Position numbers and translations under genes: made by a program. DNA of 64,000 nucleotides, taken from the NCBI RefSeq assembly GCF_018977255.1, contig NW_024704743.1, positions 16,804,001 to 16,868,000 of the forward strand. The letters are read 5' to 3'. The notes beneath the pieces were generated by a model. It was not told where the DNA came from, did no database searches, and saw only the letters and a list, made by a program, of their open reading frames with translations. Of this stretch, positions 12,201-23,265 are shown piece after piece (within the stretch, counting starts at the first letter, position 1; each line of letters opens with the position of its first letter). The stretch is from Callorhinchus milii. Taxonomy: Eukaryota.

Positions 12201-13850
12201 TAATGCTACAACCTGATTCCCTTCCCCCTTCAAAATTAGTTTAAATCAACCCTTCCCCACAGCACTAGTTAACCTCCCTGCGAGGACATTAGTTCCCAGC
12301 CCTGTTCAAGTGTAACCCATCCACCTTCGACAGCTCCCACCTGCCCCAGAACTGGTCCCAATAATGCAGGAACCTGAAGCCCTCCTTTCTGCACCATTTC
12401 TCCAACCATGCATTCATGTGTTTGATCCTACTGTTTTGATACTCACTTGCAAGTAGGCACTGGGAGTAATCCAGAGATCACCAGCTGTGCAGTTCTACTC
12501 TTTAGCTTTTTCCCTAGCTTCTGACACTCTCCCTGTAGGATCTCAGTCCTTTTTTTCCTCTAGGTCATGGATCCCAACATGGACTATGACTTCTAGATGT
12601 TCCCCTTCCCCCTGTAGAACATTTTGCACCCATTCCATGATGTCTTCAACCCTGGCACCAGTGAGGCAACATACCATGCGAGAATCATGTCTTTGGTTGC
12701 AGAAATACCTGTCTACTCCTTTCACCCTTGTGTCCCCAATGACAATTGCATTGACACTTTTCCTGTGTACCCCTGTGCATCCATTTGCTTTTGACTCCCC
12801 TCCCCAGAGGTGTCATCACCATGACTGGTATTCAGTACAGAGAACCAGTTTGTGAGTGCCATGCTCTCAGGGGACTTCTGCACTGCCCATCACCTCTTCC
12901 TACCATGCCAGGTGGTCACCCACTCACTCTCCTTTTGAGCTCTCTGTGGCTGTGGAGGTGACCACATCCTGAAACATTCAATTCATTAACTCTTCAGCCT
13001 CCCATATGCTACGTGGTAACACCAGCCTCTCCTCAAGCTCTGAGAAACTCAGAGCTCAAGCAGCTGGGGGAACTTCCTACACATGTGTCTGTCCACAGCA
13101 CTCTGGAGTTCCCACATGGCACACATTGCACATGGCACAAATTTTAAAGCGCTCTGAGACACCGTCCAGTGTGGAGAGCACTGTATAAATCTAAGTTGTT
13201 GTTGTTGCAAACACAACCAGTCTCAGCTGCCCTGCCATATTCCCAGACATGTTTTATATTATTTTAATATAAATTTTATATTTCTGCACCTCTTTGGCCC
13301 ACTGCACCAAATTCCTTAACAAAATTCTCACTCTGTTTCACCTCACTCAGTTAATAATAATAATAATAATCCTTGCATTTGATATAGCGCTTTTCACATC
13401 AGGAGGACATCCCAAAGTGCTTCACAGAACACACTGTAAAGTGAATTGACTGTATATTTGTGGGCGAACGCGGCAGCCAATTGCGCACAGCAATGTCCCA
13501 CAAACAGTCGTGGATTGAAAATGACCAATTTAATTATTGTTTTNGGTTTTTTGGAGGGATTATTATTAGGCGTGTGGAGTAAGGAAACTTGCCCAAGGTT
13601 TCGCCCTGCCTGGAATTGAACTCAGGTCTCTCACTTGAGTTCCCTCCTCACTGTTGAGCTTTCTGCTCAAGCAAGGCACTGCCACATTTTCTCCTTTATA
13701 TAGGACTCAGTGACCAAGTATTGACTGGTCAGCAGATATTTTCATCTCCAACACCTGGCCTATGATTAACTGCTAATTCATTTGTTTGCCTGCTTATATA
13801 TAAGGTTGCTTCTACCTCAAGATAGATTTCCCACTCTTCTGCTGAATGAA
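9271..13850 (-). mobile_element. Near-full-length CR1 LINE (ORF1 zinc-finger/coiled-coil + SGNH esterase; ORF2 APE endonuclease + RT), degenerate
   Basis: Minus strand carries CAMCAMWE..HMCRK (~13130-13070), RMVCCLTGARV..VIVHVGIHD (esterase, ~12700-12560), CINAQS..DVVAITETWL..IPGYNIFRRDR (endonuclease), [39 protein letters not shown] and the CR1 tail at 9271. The 5' UTR boundary is uncertain (13140-13850). Confidence 0.93.
13352..13638 (-). mobile_element. tRNA-derived SINE (family A) inside the CR1 5' region
   Basis: (TAA)n tail, core gcagccaattgcgcacagcaatgtcccacaaac and a B-box-like ggaattgaactc; close match to 45178-45505. Confidence 0.9.
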
Positions 13851-13869
13851 ATAGTTCTCTCTGGTATCT

Positions 13870-14150
13870 CTTGCAGGAGATCTGAAGCAGAGGGAGCAGA
13901 CAGTCTGATATGGGGTTAGGAGGTCAGAGAAGTGGGGGGCAGCAAGACTGTGGAGGGCTTTGACAATAAGAACAAGGGTTTCGTACTAGATTCTCTGAGG
14001 GATCCGGTGAAGCCAGGCAAGACCAGGAGTGATTGGTTCACGTAGCATGTGCGGGAGAAGATACGAGCTGCAGAGTTCTGAACAATCTGCAGCTTGTGGA
14101 GGGAAGAGTTGGTAAGATCAGGAAGCAGGCAGTTGGTGTCGTCAAGCTGG
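13870..14150 (-). mobile_element. L2 LINE fragment, upstream continuation of 9032-9270
   Basis: Minus strand reads SSLTTP(DY-like)..LQIVQNSAARI.., then LVLIVKALHSLAAPHFSDLLTPY, which is collinear with L2 ORF2 just before the 9270 breakpoint. Confidence 0.7.
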
Positions 14151-15256
14151 AGTCAACCCTACCATTTTCCCATTATAGCATCAAGATATTTTTTAAAAGG
14201 ATTCCAGGATCCTTGCCTCGAGCACCCTACCTGGTATCCTTTCCATCTGTTAATTACTGCCTGTGTAGAAAACTATTTCCTAGTGTCTGCCCTAAAATTA
14301 CCCTCATACCCCATTTTTCAAATACCATGTATCTGAAAGAATGCCTCTTCCCTTTACCTCTCCAAGTTAGTACAAATACAGTCACTATATTTTACACTAA
14401 AATCCTGTGAAGCACTTTGGGACATTTTGACGATGTAGTAAAATGCTGTATCAAATGCAAGGATTTTTAAAAAATGTTATGTACCTGTGTAAGGATCCCA
14501 CTTAGATGTTTATTTTCAAGGCTGAAGAGGCTTACCCTCTACACTAGAACAGCCTCGTTGCTTTCCTCTGTATTGCCTTTAGGCACTTATCTCATGATGT
14601 TGAAATCGGTTTAGATTATAATCCTGAAAGTTCTCTCTCAATTGCATAAAATTATGTGTTTGCAATTTCTCCCAGATCATTCAATTATATTATTCCTGCC
14701 TTCTGATTAAAAAAAGTTGTTTGAAAATGTTTGAAACTATCTAATTATTATATTAGTCTTTGAGTACTTATTTCCTGCAAGCCTGGCAAATAAAAATCAC
14801 GTTAAATTTCAAAGTAATTTTGAATTCAGTCATGGCTGTAGCAGAGATCCAACTGCAAGAAGGGTGAAAGAGCTGCCAGAAGGTATTGAGCAGATTGAAA
14901 GTCTTAATGATCCAGTCCATTGGGAGGAAGTGAACTCTGCATCACGTCGCATTGCTACAATATTAATGCTGAGTTCCTGAAACCTACTCTCAACACGGAG
15001 AATAGTGAAGGTCTTACAGATCAATATCAGAAACCATCAACTCATCCCAGACCTAGCTTTCTAAGGCTGGTCAATAAGGAGATACACAATATCATGGTTC
15101 CAGAGTTCAATTGTGGCATCTCTCCACAAGAAGGGTGGACCCTTGTAAGATCAAGAATTAATGAGGTGTCTCATTGATTTCAATTTTTCAAAAGAACCTG
15201 TTTTGGTTTGTCAAGTCCAGAACCAGGGTGTCTTTTTTGACCCTTAACTATCCTTT

Positions 15257-15570
15257 CTACCCCACATCCATGCCATGACCCAGTCTGCCTTTCCCCACTG
15301 CTGCACCGTCACCCAGCTCCACTACTGTCTCACACCGCAGGCTGCCGAAACCCTCATACATGCATTCATAACCTCGAGACTTGATTTTGCAAACTCCTTG
15401 CTGAAAATAGGAAGAGAGGGGGCGAGGTGAAGGGAGTGAGGAAGGGAATTCCAGAGCCTCGGGGCATAGTGGCTGAAGGCATGGCCGCCGAGGGTGGAGC
15501 GGAGGACTCGAGGGATGGGGAGAAGACCAGACCCGAAGATGAAAAGAAGTCCATGACCTCCTCGCACTTG
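15257..15570. mobile_element. Two short L2 fragments in opposite orientation
   Basis: The + strand 15257-15400 gives AAETLIHAFITSRLDFANSLL. The - strand 15400-15570 gives TLGGHAFSHYAPRLWNSLP. Confidence 0.8.
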
Positions 15571-16610
15571 TCATTTGATATGAAGATTAAGGAGGCCTGA
15601 GGGGGGGCACGGAGGAGGTTGTGTGTGGTTGGAAAAAAGGATTTCAGGGTTGTGTTTAGCCTCCAAGATGATGTTGGAATAGAAGGCCGTTTTTGTGCGT
15701 GTCAAAGAACGGCGGAAGCTGTGGAGATGCTCGAGCCACAGTTGGCGGTGGACTGTCAGGCCAGTCTTCCGCCATCTGTACTCGAGCAGACGGGTTTGGG
15801 TTTTTAGGCGGTGGAGGTGGTTGTTGTACCAGGGGGATCGGGTGGGTTTGGAGATGGTCCTGGATTTCAGAGGGACGAGGGAGTTGAAGGTGGAGGAGAG
15901 GCGATCATAGAGCAGTTGGACGGCTGCTTCAGGTTGTCCGGGTGGAAGGCCAGAGGGATAGGATGTTTGATGATGCAAGAGCCTTTGTGAGGGTCTCAGG
16001 GGGTAGCCTTTTCCAAGGGTGGTAGAGGATGTTGAGGGCTTGGTGGAGGAGAGAGGGATGTGAGAGGAGAAGGAGATGAGGGAGTGATCCGAGATGGCCT
16101 TGTCCACTCTGCTGAGGTCGGAAATGTCAAGGCTGTGGGTAATAACGAGGTCAAGAGCATGACCACGGTTGTGGGTGGGTGAACTTATATGAAGGGTGAG
16201 GTTTAGGGAGGAGAGGAGGGCAGTGAAGTTGGCAGAAGTAGTGCAGGGAGAGTTTAGGTGGAGGTTGAAATCGTCCATTATGAGCAGACGCTCGGAGCAG
16301 AGGGACAGAGAAGAGGATGTCTGTGTGGAAGGAGCCAGAGGGCTTATTGGGGCAGTAAACAAGGAGGATTTTCAATGGGAGAGAGGGGTGGAAGAGAGTG
16401 AGGTGCTCGAAGGAGGGGAAGCAGCCAGAGGAGTATGGGGTAAGACCAAGGGAGGCTTTGGAAATGAAGGCTACACCGCCACCACGTTGGTTTGGACGGG
16501 TAGGGGTGCGTGGGGGGGTGGGGGTGGAAGGTGTAGCCTTGAGGGGAGGTTTCCACTAGGGGGACGGGGTAATTGGGGGAGACCAGGTTTCAGTGAACCC
16601 AGAACTCTGT
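15571..16610 (-). mobile_element. L2 LINE ORF2 APE-endonuclease region
   Basis: LVYCP, IMDDFNLH, THNRGHALDLVIT, ISDHSLI, SPWYN and LEYRWRKTGL motifs (ORF 15571..16362). Confidence 0.88.
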
Positions 16611-16611
16611 A

Positions 16612-17072
16612 GCCCATGTCCTCTCCCACACCAAGATCCATGACCCTATCACCCCCATCCTCGCCCAACTCCACTGGCTTCCCATCACACAGAGGATACA
16701 GTTCAAGATCCTGGTCCTCACCTTCAAAGCCCTCCTACCTTTGCGACCTCCTAACCCCCTACCATCATGCTCGCTCCCTCCGCACAGCGGGCTACGGCTT
16801 GATTCACGTCCCCTGCCCCACCATTGGTGGGCGGGCCTTCGGCCACTCTACCCCCGACCCTCTGGAACTCCATCCTCTGGTCCACCTTGTCTCCTCCCTT
16901 GCCTCCTTCAAGACCCATCTCAAGACCCTCCTCTTGGACCGTGCTTTCACCCTTTGCCCTCCACCCTCCCCAATCATGACCCCCAGCTCGGGTCCAAAAC
17001 ACTGACTGTCCAGCGCCTTGGGACGTCCTCGCGACGTGAAAGTCACTATACAAATATAATTTTGTTGTTGTT
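16612..17072 (+). mobile_element. L2 LINE 3' end
   Basis: LAQLHWLPI..IQFKILVLTFK, TIGGRAF and FKTHLKTLL, then the tail ccttgggacgtcctcgcgacgtgaaag...(ttg)n. Confidence 0.9.
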
Positions 17073-17074
17073 GT

Positions 17075-17730
17075 GCATCCATGGGTGGTAATGCTGTCAG
17101 CGCCTGAGGTGTGGAGGCACTGACGGGAGCCAATCAGGAAGGCCTCGGTCTTGTTGACGTTCAACTGAAGAAAGTTAGCTCTCATCCAGGACTTGATGTC
17201 TGACAGACATTGTCAGGACAGCAGTGGTCCTGGAGTCAAGGGTGAAGGCGGAGAGGTAGAGTTGGGTGTCATCCGCATACATGTGGAAGTTGAACCCATG
17301 TCTGCGGATGATGTCACCAAGTGGGAGCGTATAGATGTTGAAGAGGAGGGGACCAAGGACAGAGCCCTGAGGAATGCTGTACAAGACGGTGCGGGGGCTA
17401 GAGGAGAAACCACTTTTGGAGATGAAGTGGAGGCGGTGTGAGAGGTACAATCTGAACCATTCAAGGACAGAATCTTGAAGGTTGAGGTGAGAGGGGAAGC
17501 GGTGGATGAGGATAGAGTGGTCAACGGTGTTGAAGGCAGCAGAGAGATCAAGGAGGACGAGAAGGCAGAGGGAGCCCTGGTCACAGATGGACAGAATGTC
17601 ATTTGTCACTTTGACTGGGACTGTTTCTGTGCTGGTGGGTGGCACGGAAACCCGATTGGAGGGGTTTGTGAAGGGAGTGGTGGGAAAGGAAGGAGCAAAG
17701 CTGGGAAGCAACGATTTATTCCAGGATCTT
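17075..17730 (-). mobile_element. L2 LINE RT region
   Basis: [47 protein letters not shown] and NFLQLNVNKTE. Confidence 0.92.
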
Positions 17731-18439
17731 GCTTACTCAAGAGTCAACAACTCCGTTGTTACCCCTGCAAACCAAGCCGCTAACAGTTAGGGTAGTCCTG
17801 GCTGGACAAGTAGCAGGAAGCTTGCTCGATATAGCTCTCAATTGCAATCTGTGTGGTTTTAACCAATTAATCCCTCACAGTATCCCAAAGCCCTCACAGT
17901 ATCCCAAAGCCCTAGCTCTCCTCAACCTGCCCTAATAATCCCTCCCTACACCCTCGGGCTCCCACCCACAGCTTGGGTCCTGAGCAGTATTGTTTAGAGC
18001 CTTGGTAACCTCCTTGAGGTAAAAGGCAATATATAAATGTATCTTTGTATTTTATTGTAATATTCTTCAGAATTAGGTAAGCACCGTGCATCCCTCCAGG
18101 GCGAAGGTGTACATTCCATTTCAGACACAGTGAAATCTCCTTGCGAAGATTGCGTACATATGTAGAACTCTCGGTGTGGTTTGATACACGTAAAGCACGG
18201 TGATGAGTTTCTGCATGTGTCATATAATCTGGCTGCTGCATTTCGCCCATAAAATATAGTCAGTCAACTTTACAGTATATCCTATGAAGTGCTTTGAGAC
18301 ATCTCAACGACATGACAAGGTGCTATATGAAACGCATGTATTATTATTATAGTCAGCTGAGCAAAGAAATGTTTTACATTGAGCATTTTTAAAAATATAA
18401 CTTGTTCAATTATTTGCTAAATTGCTCCCCATTGGCATA

Positions 18440-18690
18440 GCCCTCCATTTGTGGTTCCCACACTCGTTCTGCATGTGAGGTTTCGTGGGTGCTAGTTGCC
18501 CTCTGATACCCTTCCCAAGTAGACATTGCACGTGACCCTTGACGATGTCAGTAGGCTACTCGACTGTTGAGGGTGTCACAGCCAAAGACCTCTCCTTACC
18601 CAGCTGCCAGTTGACGGTACTAGAGCAGGACCAGGAGCCGGAAGCCTAGCTATTTTCCACTCCCTACCTCTGGGAAGGCTGGGACTAACG
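18440..18690 (-). mobile_element. Ancient SINE-like repeat (family B), decayed
   Basis: Shares blocks (gtcagtaggctactcgactg, gtgtcacagcc, ctattttccactccct) with copies at 29250-29620, 30105-30400, 39500-39660 and 42930-43160. Confidence 0.5.
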
Positions 18691-19139
18691 TAAATTCCCT
18701 ATGGGGTTTCAACACAGACCAGTGAACTCCAAAGCATGGACTGAGATTCCAGCCAAAAATCCTGCTGATCCTGATCTGCACCTCCAACACCACCGAGGCT
18801 GCCTCTATCGAACATTCTTGGTTGAATTAAATTGCTTTTACATGACTAATTTCGATAAGCAGCAGGAATTGCTATTTAGTCCACTGGGAGTTTAATTGGT
18901 TGTTTCAGTGCTGGCAATACATGAGTCTTGAGATGGCAAATCTTGTTACTGGATCCGTTTGCTATTACTGAAGTATGTTGCGGCTGCCTTTGTTGCTATT
19001 TATTTAGTGGTTGTTTTAATAGTTTAGTTTTAATGTTAATTGATGCATTTTGCTGTATGATGCAGCTGGTATTTTAGCATTTTCTGGTTACCAGCTGTTT
19101 GCTGGTTGTTTTTGTTCTGGTTGCTATTCATTCGCTTGT

Positions 19140-19200
19140 TGATACCAGTTGTGAGCTGTTAGATATTAGATGATACCAGTTGTGAGCTGTTAGATGTTAG
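19140..19200. repeat. 31-bp tandem duplication
   Basis: tgataccagttgtgagctgttagat(a/g)ttag is present twice head-to-tail. Confidence 0.9.
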
Positions 19201-19987
19201 GAACTGAGTGGGGTGATTCCTGACCCCCAGTGACTGGTCTGCCTTTCCCGGTCCTGCTGATGAGCCAGGTTGACTGTGCTGTTGTCAGCAGTGCACTGGA
19301 ATAATACGGATCTGCCTGGCTCAGAAACCTGACTACCAAGACCGCCATAGGGGGTTGGTTTGACTCTGACATTTCGTTGCCACCTTGGAGCCAGTTCAGC
19401 TCCAAGGAGACCCTGCTTACCTCTCCTCCCCACCTCTCCCAGGAGGATAGTCACTAGTTGGTCTTTCGATATCCAACAAGCACAGGTTTAAGCCATCACG
19501 AGGTGAACCTAATAATAATAATCCTTGCATTTGATGTAGCGCTTTTCACGTCTTCGCAATGTCTCAAAGTGCTTTGCAGAGTATACTGTAAAGTGAATTG
19601 CCTGTATATTTGTGGGCGAAATATACTCTTTATCTAATAACCCTGAATCTTTTTTTTATTTCCAGGGAACTTCTGTTGAGCATTATGCACCGTACCATGC
19701 CAATGCATCATTATATTGGGAAATCCCATTAGTAGCCAACTTGCATCCTCTGGATGAGATGTTTAAATTGAGGTGCTGTAGGTGCCTGTTCAGTCCCATG
19801 GCACTGTTCCAAAAGAGAAGGGAGTTTCTCCCGGTGCACTGACCAACAATCCACTAAATAAAATAGGCCATTCACGTCCTAACTGTTTGTGGGAAATTGT
19901 TGTACACAACTAGCTGTCCTGTTTGAAATATTTTGGTGACTTGATTAAGCACTATATCAAATGCAAGAATTAATAACAGTAATAATA

Positions 19988-20930
19988 CGTAAAACTCGTA
20001 TAACTCTTATCTCAATAAATCGTATAATCGCCTAGGTTGTGCATTCACCCAAGTCCCATTCAGTTTCCTATCAAAACTCTTAAAGATTTCTTTGCACTAT
20101 TTGTGTTAATCACTTTTTAACTCATAGGGAGGGGGGAGGTGACCATAAGCACTATCAAAAGGAAGGTCTTTATGCAGAATTTGAAAATGGGGAGCTGTGG
20201 GGCAAGATGGAGGGATTGAGGAAGAGAGTTCCAGAGTTTTGGGGCATAGTGGTTGAAGTCACACCCACCGATGGTAGAGTGGAGTGGAAGAGAGATGAAC
20301 AGGAGGCTGGAGCTAGCCAAGAGGAGGGGAAGTGGAGGGGTAAGCAAATTGGATAGATAGGGATATGCAAAGGTCTGAGGGGATTTGAAAATGAATGAGA
20401 GGATCTTGAAATCGATCCGTTCAGTAATTGAGAGCCAGTGGAGTCTGGCAAGGACTGGTGTGATGGGGGTACGGAGTTTTGTGCAGGTGGGAATCTGGTC
20501 GGCGGAGTTCTGAATTAGTTGTATTTTGTGTATTGTGAAGCTGGAGAAACCAGCAAGGCAGGCGTTGGAATAGTCCAGTCGGGAAGTGACAAAGGTGTGG
20601 ACGAGGGATATTGAATTGCGGGAAACTTAGTTTTAATCCTTCGAACCGTGCGCAGAAGAACTTCATTTCCCGCAATTCAATGTGATTCTAACGCTTGCCA
20701 GTACGTGCTCATGCAGTGACGGGTCAAGACACATTGAATTGCAGGAAATGTAATCTTGACCAGTCACCACTTGCGCACTTACCGGCTGCGTAAAAGTACA
20801 CACGCACAGCGTAGATTATTGATTAAATTGAATTTTCTACGATTTATACAGTTTGCCTGCAACTCAGACTTTGTGTAAATCATAGTAAATGTTATGAACC
20901 CGACTGATACAATTAATGTGAGTTTTACTG
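19988..20930. mobile_element. Putative Tc1/mariner (Tigger/pogo-like) non-autonomous DNA transposon relic with an internal L2 fragment
   Basis: Ends read TA|c-gtaaaactc... and ...gagttttactg|TA (TIR CAGTAAAACTC with TA flanks). Internal palindromes lie at 20610-20786. Confidence 0.5.
20125..20608 (-). mobile_element. L2 LINE 3' ORF2 fragment
   Basis: TFVTSRLDYSNACL, QNSA, LHWL, STIGG..FNHYAPKLWNSLP and FKFCIKTFL. Confidence 0.88.
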
Positions 20931-20932
20931 TA

Positions 20933-21160
20933 ACAATAATCCTTGCACTTGATATAGCGCCTTATCGCGTCATTAAGCCATCTCGAAGCGCTTCATAGGC
21001 TATTTACTATAAAGTGGATTAACCGTGTATCTCGTGGGTGAAATGCGGAAGCCGGGTGTGCACAGCAACATGTTCGAAAAACAGCCTTGGACTGAGTGAT
21101 CAATTTTATTTGGGGGATTAATGATGGGCTTGTACCCACAACTTTCTGGTTGAGAAAAGA
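20933..21160 (-). mobile_element. SINE family A, 3' two-thirds
   Basis: aataatccttgcacttgatatagcgcc tail plus a degenerate core. Confidence 0.75.
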
Positions 21161-21162
21161 GA

Positions 21163-21670
21163 GTGCTCTCCGACCTACTATCCCCCTACCTACCTGCCCG
21201 TACCCTCCGTTCCTCTGGCTCCGGTCTGCTCCACATCCCCCGCCCCAACCGCCCTCCCATCGGTGGCCGGGCTTTCAGCCTCTCAGCACCTCGGCTCTGG
21301 AACTCCACTCTATCCCCCAGTGCCTTCGCCGCCTCCTCCCTTTCCTCCTTCAAGGCCGGTCTCGAGACCTTTCTCTTCGACTGTGCCTTCAGCTCCCCTC
21401 TTGACTCTCTACCCCCTCCTCGCTCCATCCCTTTCCCCCCCCTCACCCTGACCATTTCCCCCCTCGTCGCTCCCTCCCTCCCCTCCTGACCATTTCCCCC
21501 CTCCTCGCTCCCTCCCTCCCCTCCCGACCATTTCCTCGCTCCCTCCCTCCCCTCACCCTGACCATGTCCCCCCAATGCTCGGGTCCCGACCCAACTGTCC
21601 AGCGCCTTGGGACGTCCTCCCGACGTGAAAGGCGCTCTATAAATGCAATCTTGTTGTTGTTGTTGTTGTT
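21163..21670 (+). mobile_element. L2 LINE 3' end (young) with an internal tandem repeat in the 3' UTR
   Basis: LSDLLSPY..RSSGSGLLHIPR..IGGRAFSLSAPRLWNS..FKAGLETFLF, then the tail ccttgggacgtcctcccgacgtgaaaggcgctctataaatgcaatc(ttg)n. Confidence 0.93.
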
Positions 21671-21720
21671 GCTCTACTGCTGTGTCAACTCAGCTAAGAT
21701 GACACATTGGGCTGAACGCC

Positions 21721-21984
21721 TGGGTTGTGTGTGTGTGGGTTGTGTGTGTGTGTGTGGGTTGTGTGTGTGTGTGGGGTGTGTGTGTGTGGGGTTGTGTGTG
21801 TGGGTTGTGTGTGTGTATCTGTGGGTTGTGTGTGTGTGTGTGTGTGGTTGTGTGTGTGGGGGGTGGGGGGGGTTGTGTGTGTGTGTGTGTGGGTTGTGTG
21901 TGTGTGTGTGGGTTGTGTGTGTGTGTGTGTGGGTTGTGTGTGTGTGTGGTGTGTGTGTGTGTGGTTGTGTGTGTGTGTGTGGGT

Positions 21985-22015
<31 letters not shown>

Positions 22016-22437
22016 TGTGTGTGGTGTGTGGGTTGTGTGTGTGTGGGTGGGTGTGTGTGTGTGGTTGTGTGTGTGTGGGTGGTGGGTGGGTTGTGTGTGT
22101 GTGTGTGTGTGGGTTGTGTGTGTGTGTGGGTTGTGTGTGTGTGTGTGTGTGTGGGTTGTGTGTGTGTGTGTGTGGGTGTGTGTGTGTGTGGGTTGTGTGT
22201 GTGTGTGTGTGTGGGTGTGTGTGTGGGTTTGTGTGTGTGTGTGTGTGGGGGGGGTGTGTGTGTGGTTGTGTGTGTGTGTGGGTGTGTGTGTTTGTGTGTG
22301 TGGGTGTGTGGGTTGTGTGTGTGTGTGTGTGTGTGGGTGTGTGTGTGTGTGTGGTGTGTGTGTGGGTTGTGTGTGTGTGTGTGTGGTTGTGTGTGTGTGT
22401 TGTGTGTGGTTGTGTGTGTGGGTTGTGTGTGTGTGGT

Positions 22438-22468
<31 letters not shown>

Positions 22469-22540
22469 TGTGTGTGTGTGTGTGTGGGTGTGTGTGTGTG
22501 TGTGTGTGGGTTGTGTGTGTGGGGGTTGTGTGTGTGTGGG

Positions 22541-22577
<37 letters not shown>

Positions 22578-22783
22578 GTGTGTGTGTGGGGTTGTGGTGT
22601 GGTGTGGGTGTGTGTGTGTGTGTGGGTTGTGTGTGTGTGTGTGTGTGGGTGTGTGTGTGGGTGTGTGTGTGTGTGTGGGTTGTGTGTGTGTGGGTGTGTG
22701 TGTGTGTGTGTGGGTGTGTGTGTGTGTGTGTGGGTTGTGTGTGTGTGTGTGTGTGTGTGTGGGTGTGTGGGGGGTGGTGGTGT
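21721..22783. repeat. ~1.06-kb compound microsatellite [GGGTT/GGT(GT)n]
   Basis: Continuous (GT)n runs of variable length punctuated by GGGTT, GGTT or GGG; almost entirely G and T. Confidence 0.98.
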
Positions 22784-22789
22784 AGGTCT

Positions 22790-23233
22790 GGTTTGCTGGT
22801 CCCTGGTTCTTTGGTGGTTTGTTCCTCGGTTTGGTCTCACTGACTGCCGATGGCTGTTTGGAGGAAGGACCCACTGCAGTTGCTGTGGTGCTGATGCCCG
22901 GGTACTGAATGCCGGACTCGGTGCGGGGACGCGGGCGGTGGTCCTGGTGATGCCGAGTGGGGGGAGGAGGAGGGGTTTGGGCAGGAGGTGCGGACAGGGT
23001 TCTGGCAGTCAGAGAGCTCTGCCTTGTGTCCATGTCTGTGCTCCTCCCGTTCATCGGCGATCTCCACTCTCTCTCTCTCTCTCTCTGTCTGTCTGGGTCT
23101 GTCTGTCTGTCTGGGTCTGTCTGTCTGTCTGTGTGTCTGTCTGTCTGGGTCCTCTTGGCCAGAGCCTGGGCTCAGATTACACAGTAACACGTAGCGTCAG
23201 AAACCTGAGCCTTTGTCAGGACTTCACTCTCTT

Positions 23234-23265
<32 letters not shown>

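Noticed and set aside
1243..17730. LINE ORFs as active or domesticated genes
   Set aside because: All CR1 and L2 reading frames are broken by stops and frameshifts, and no intact ORF2 exists in the window.
17872..17913. 19-bp tandem duplication ccctcacagtatcccaaag
   Set aside because: Real but a trivial local slippage event at the edge of a decayed L2 fragment.
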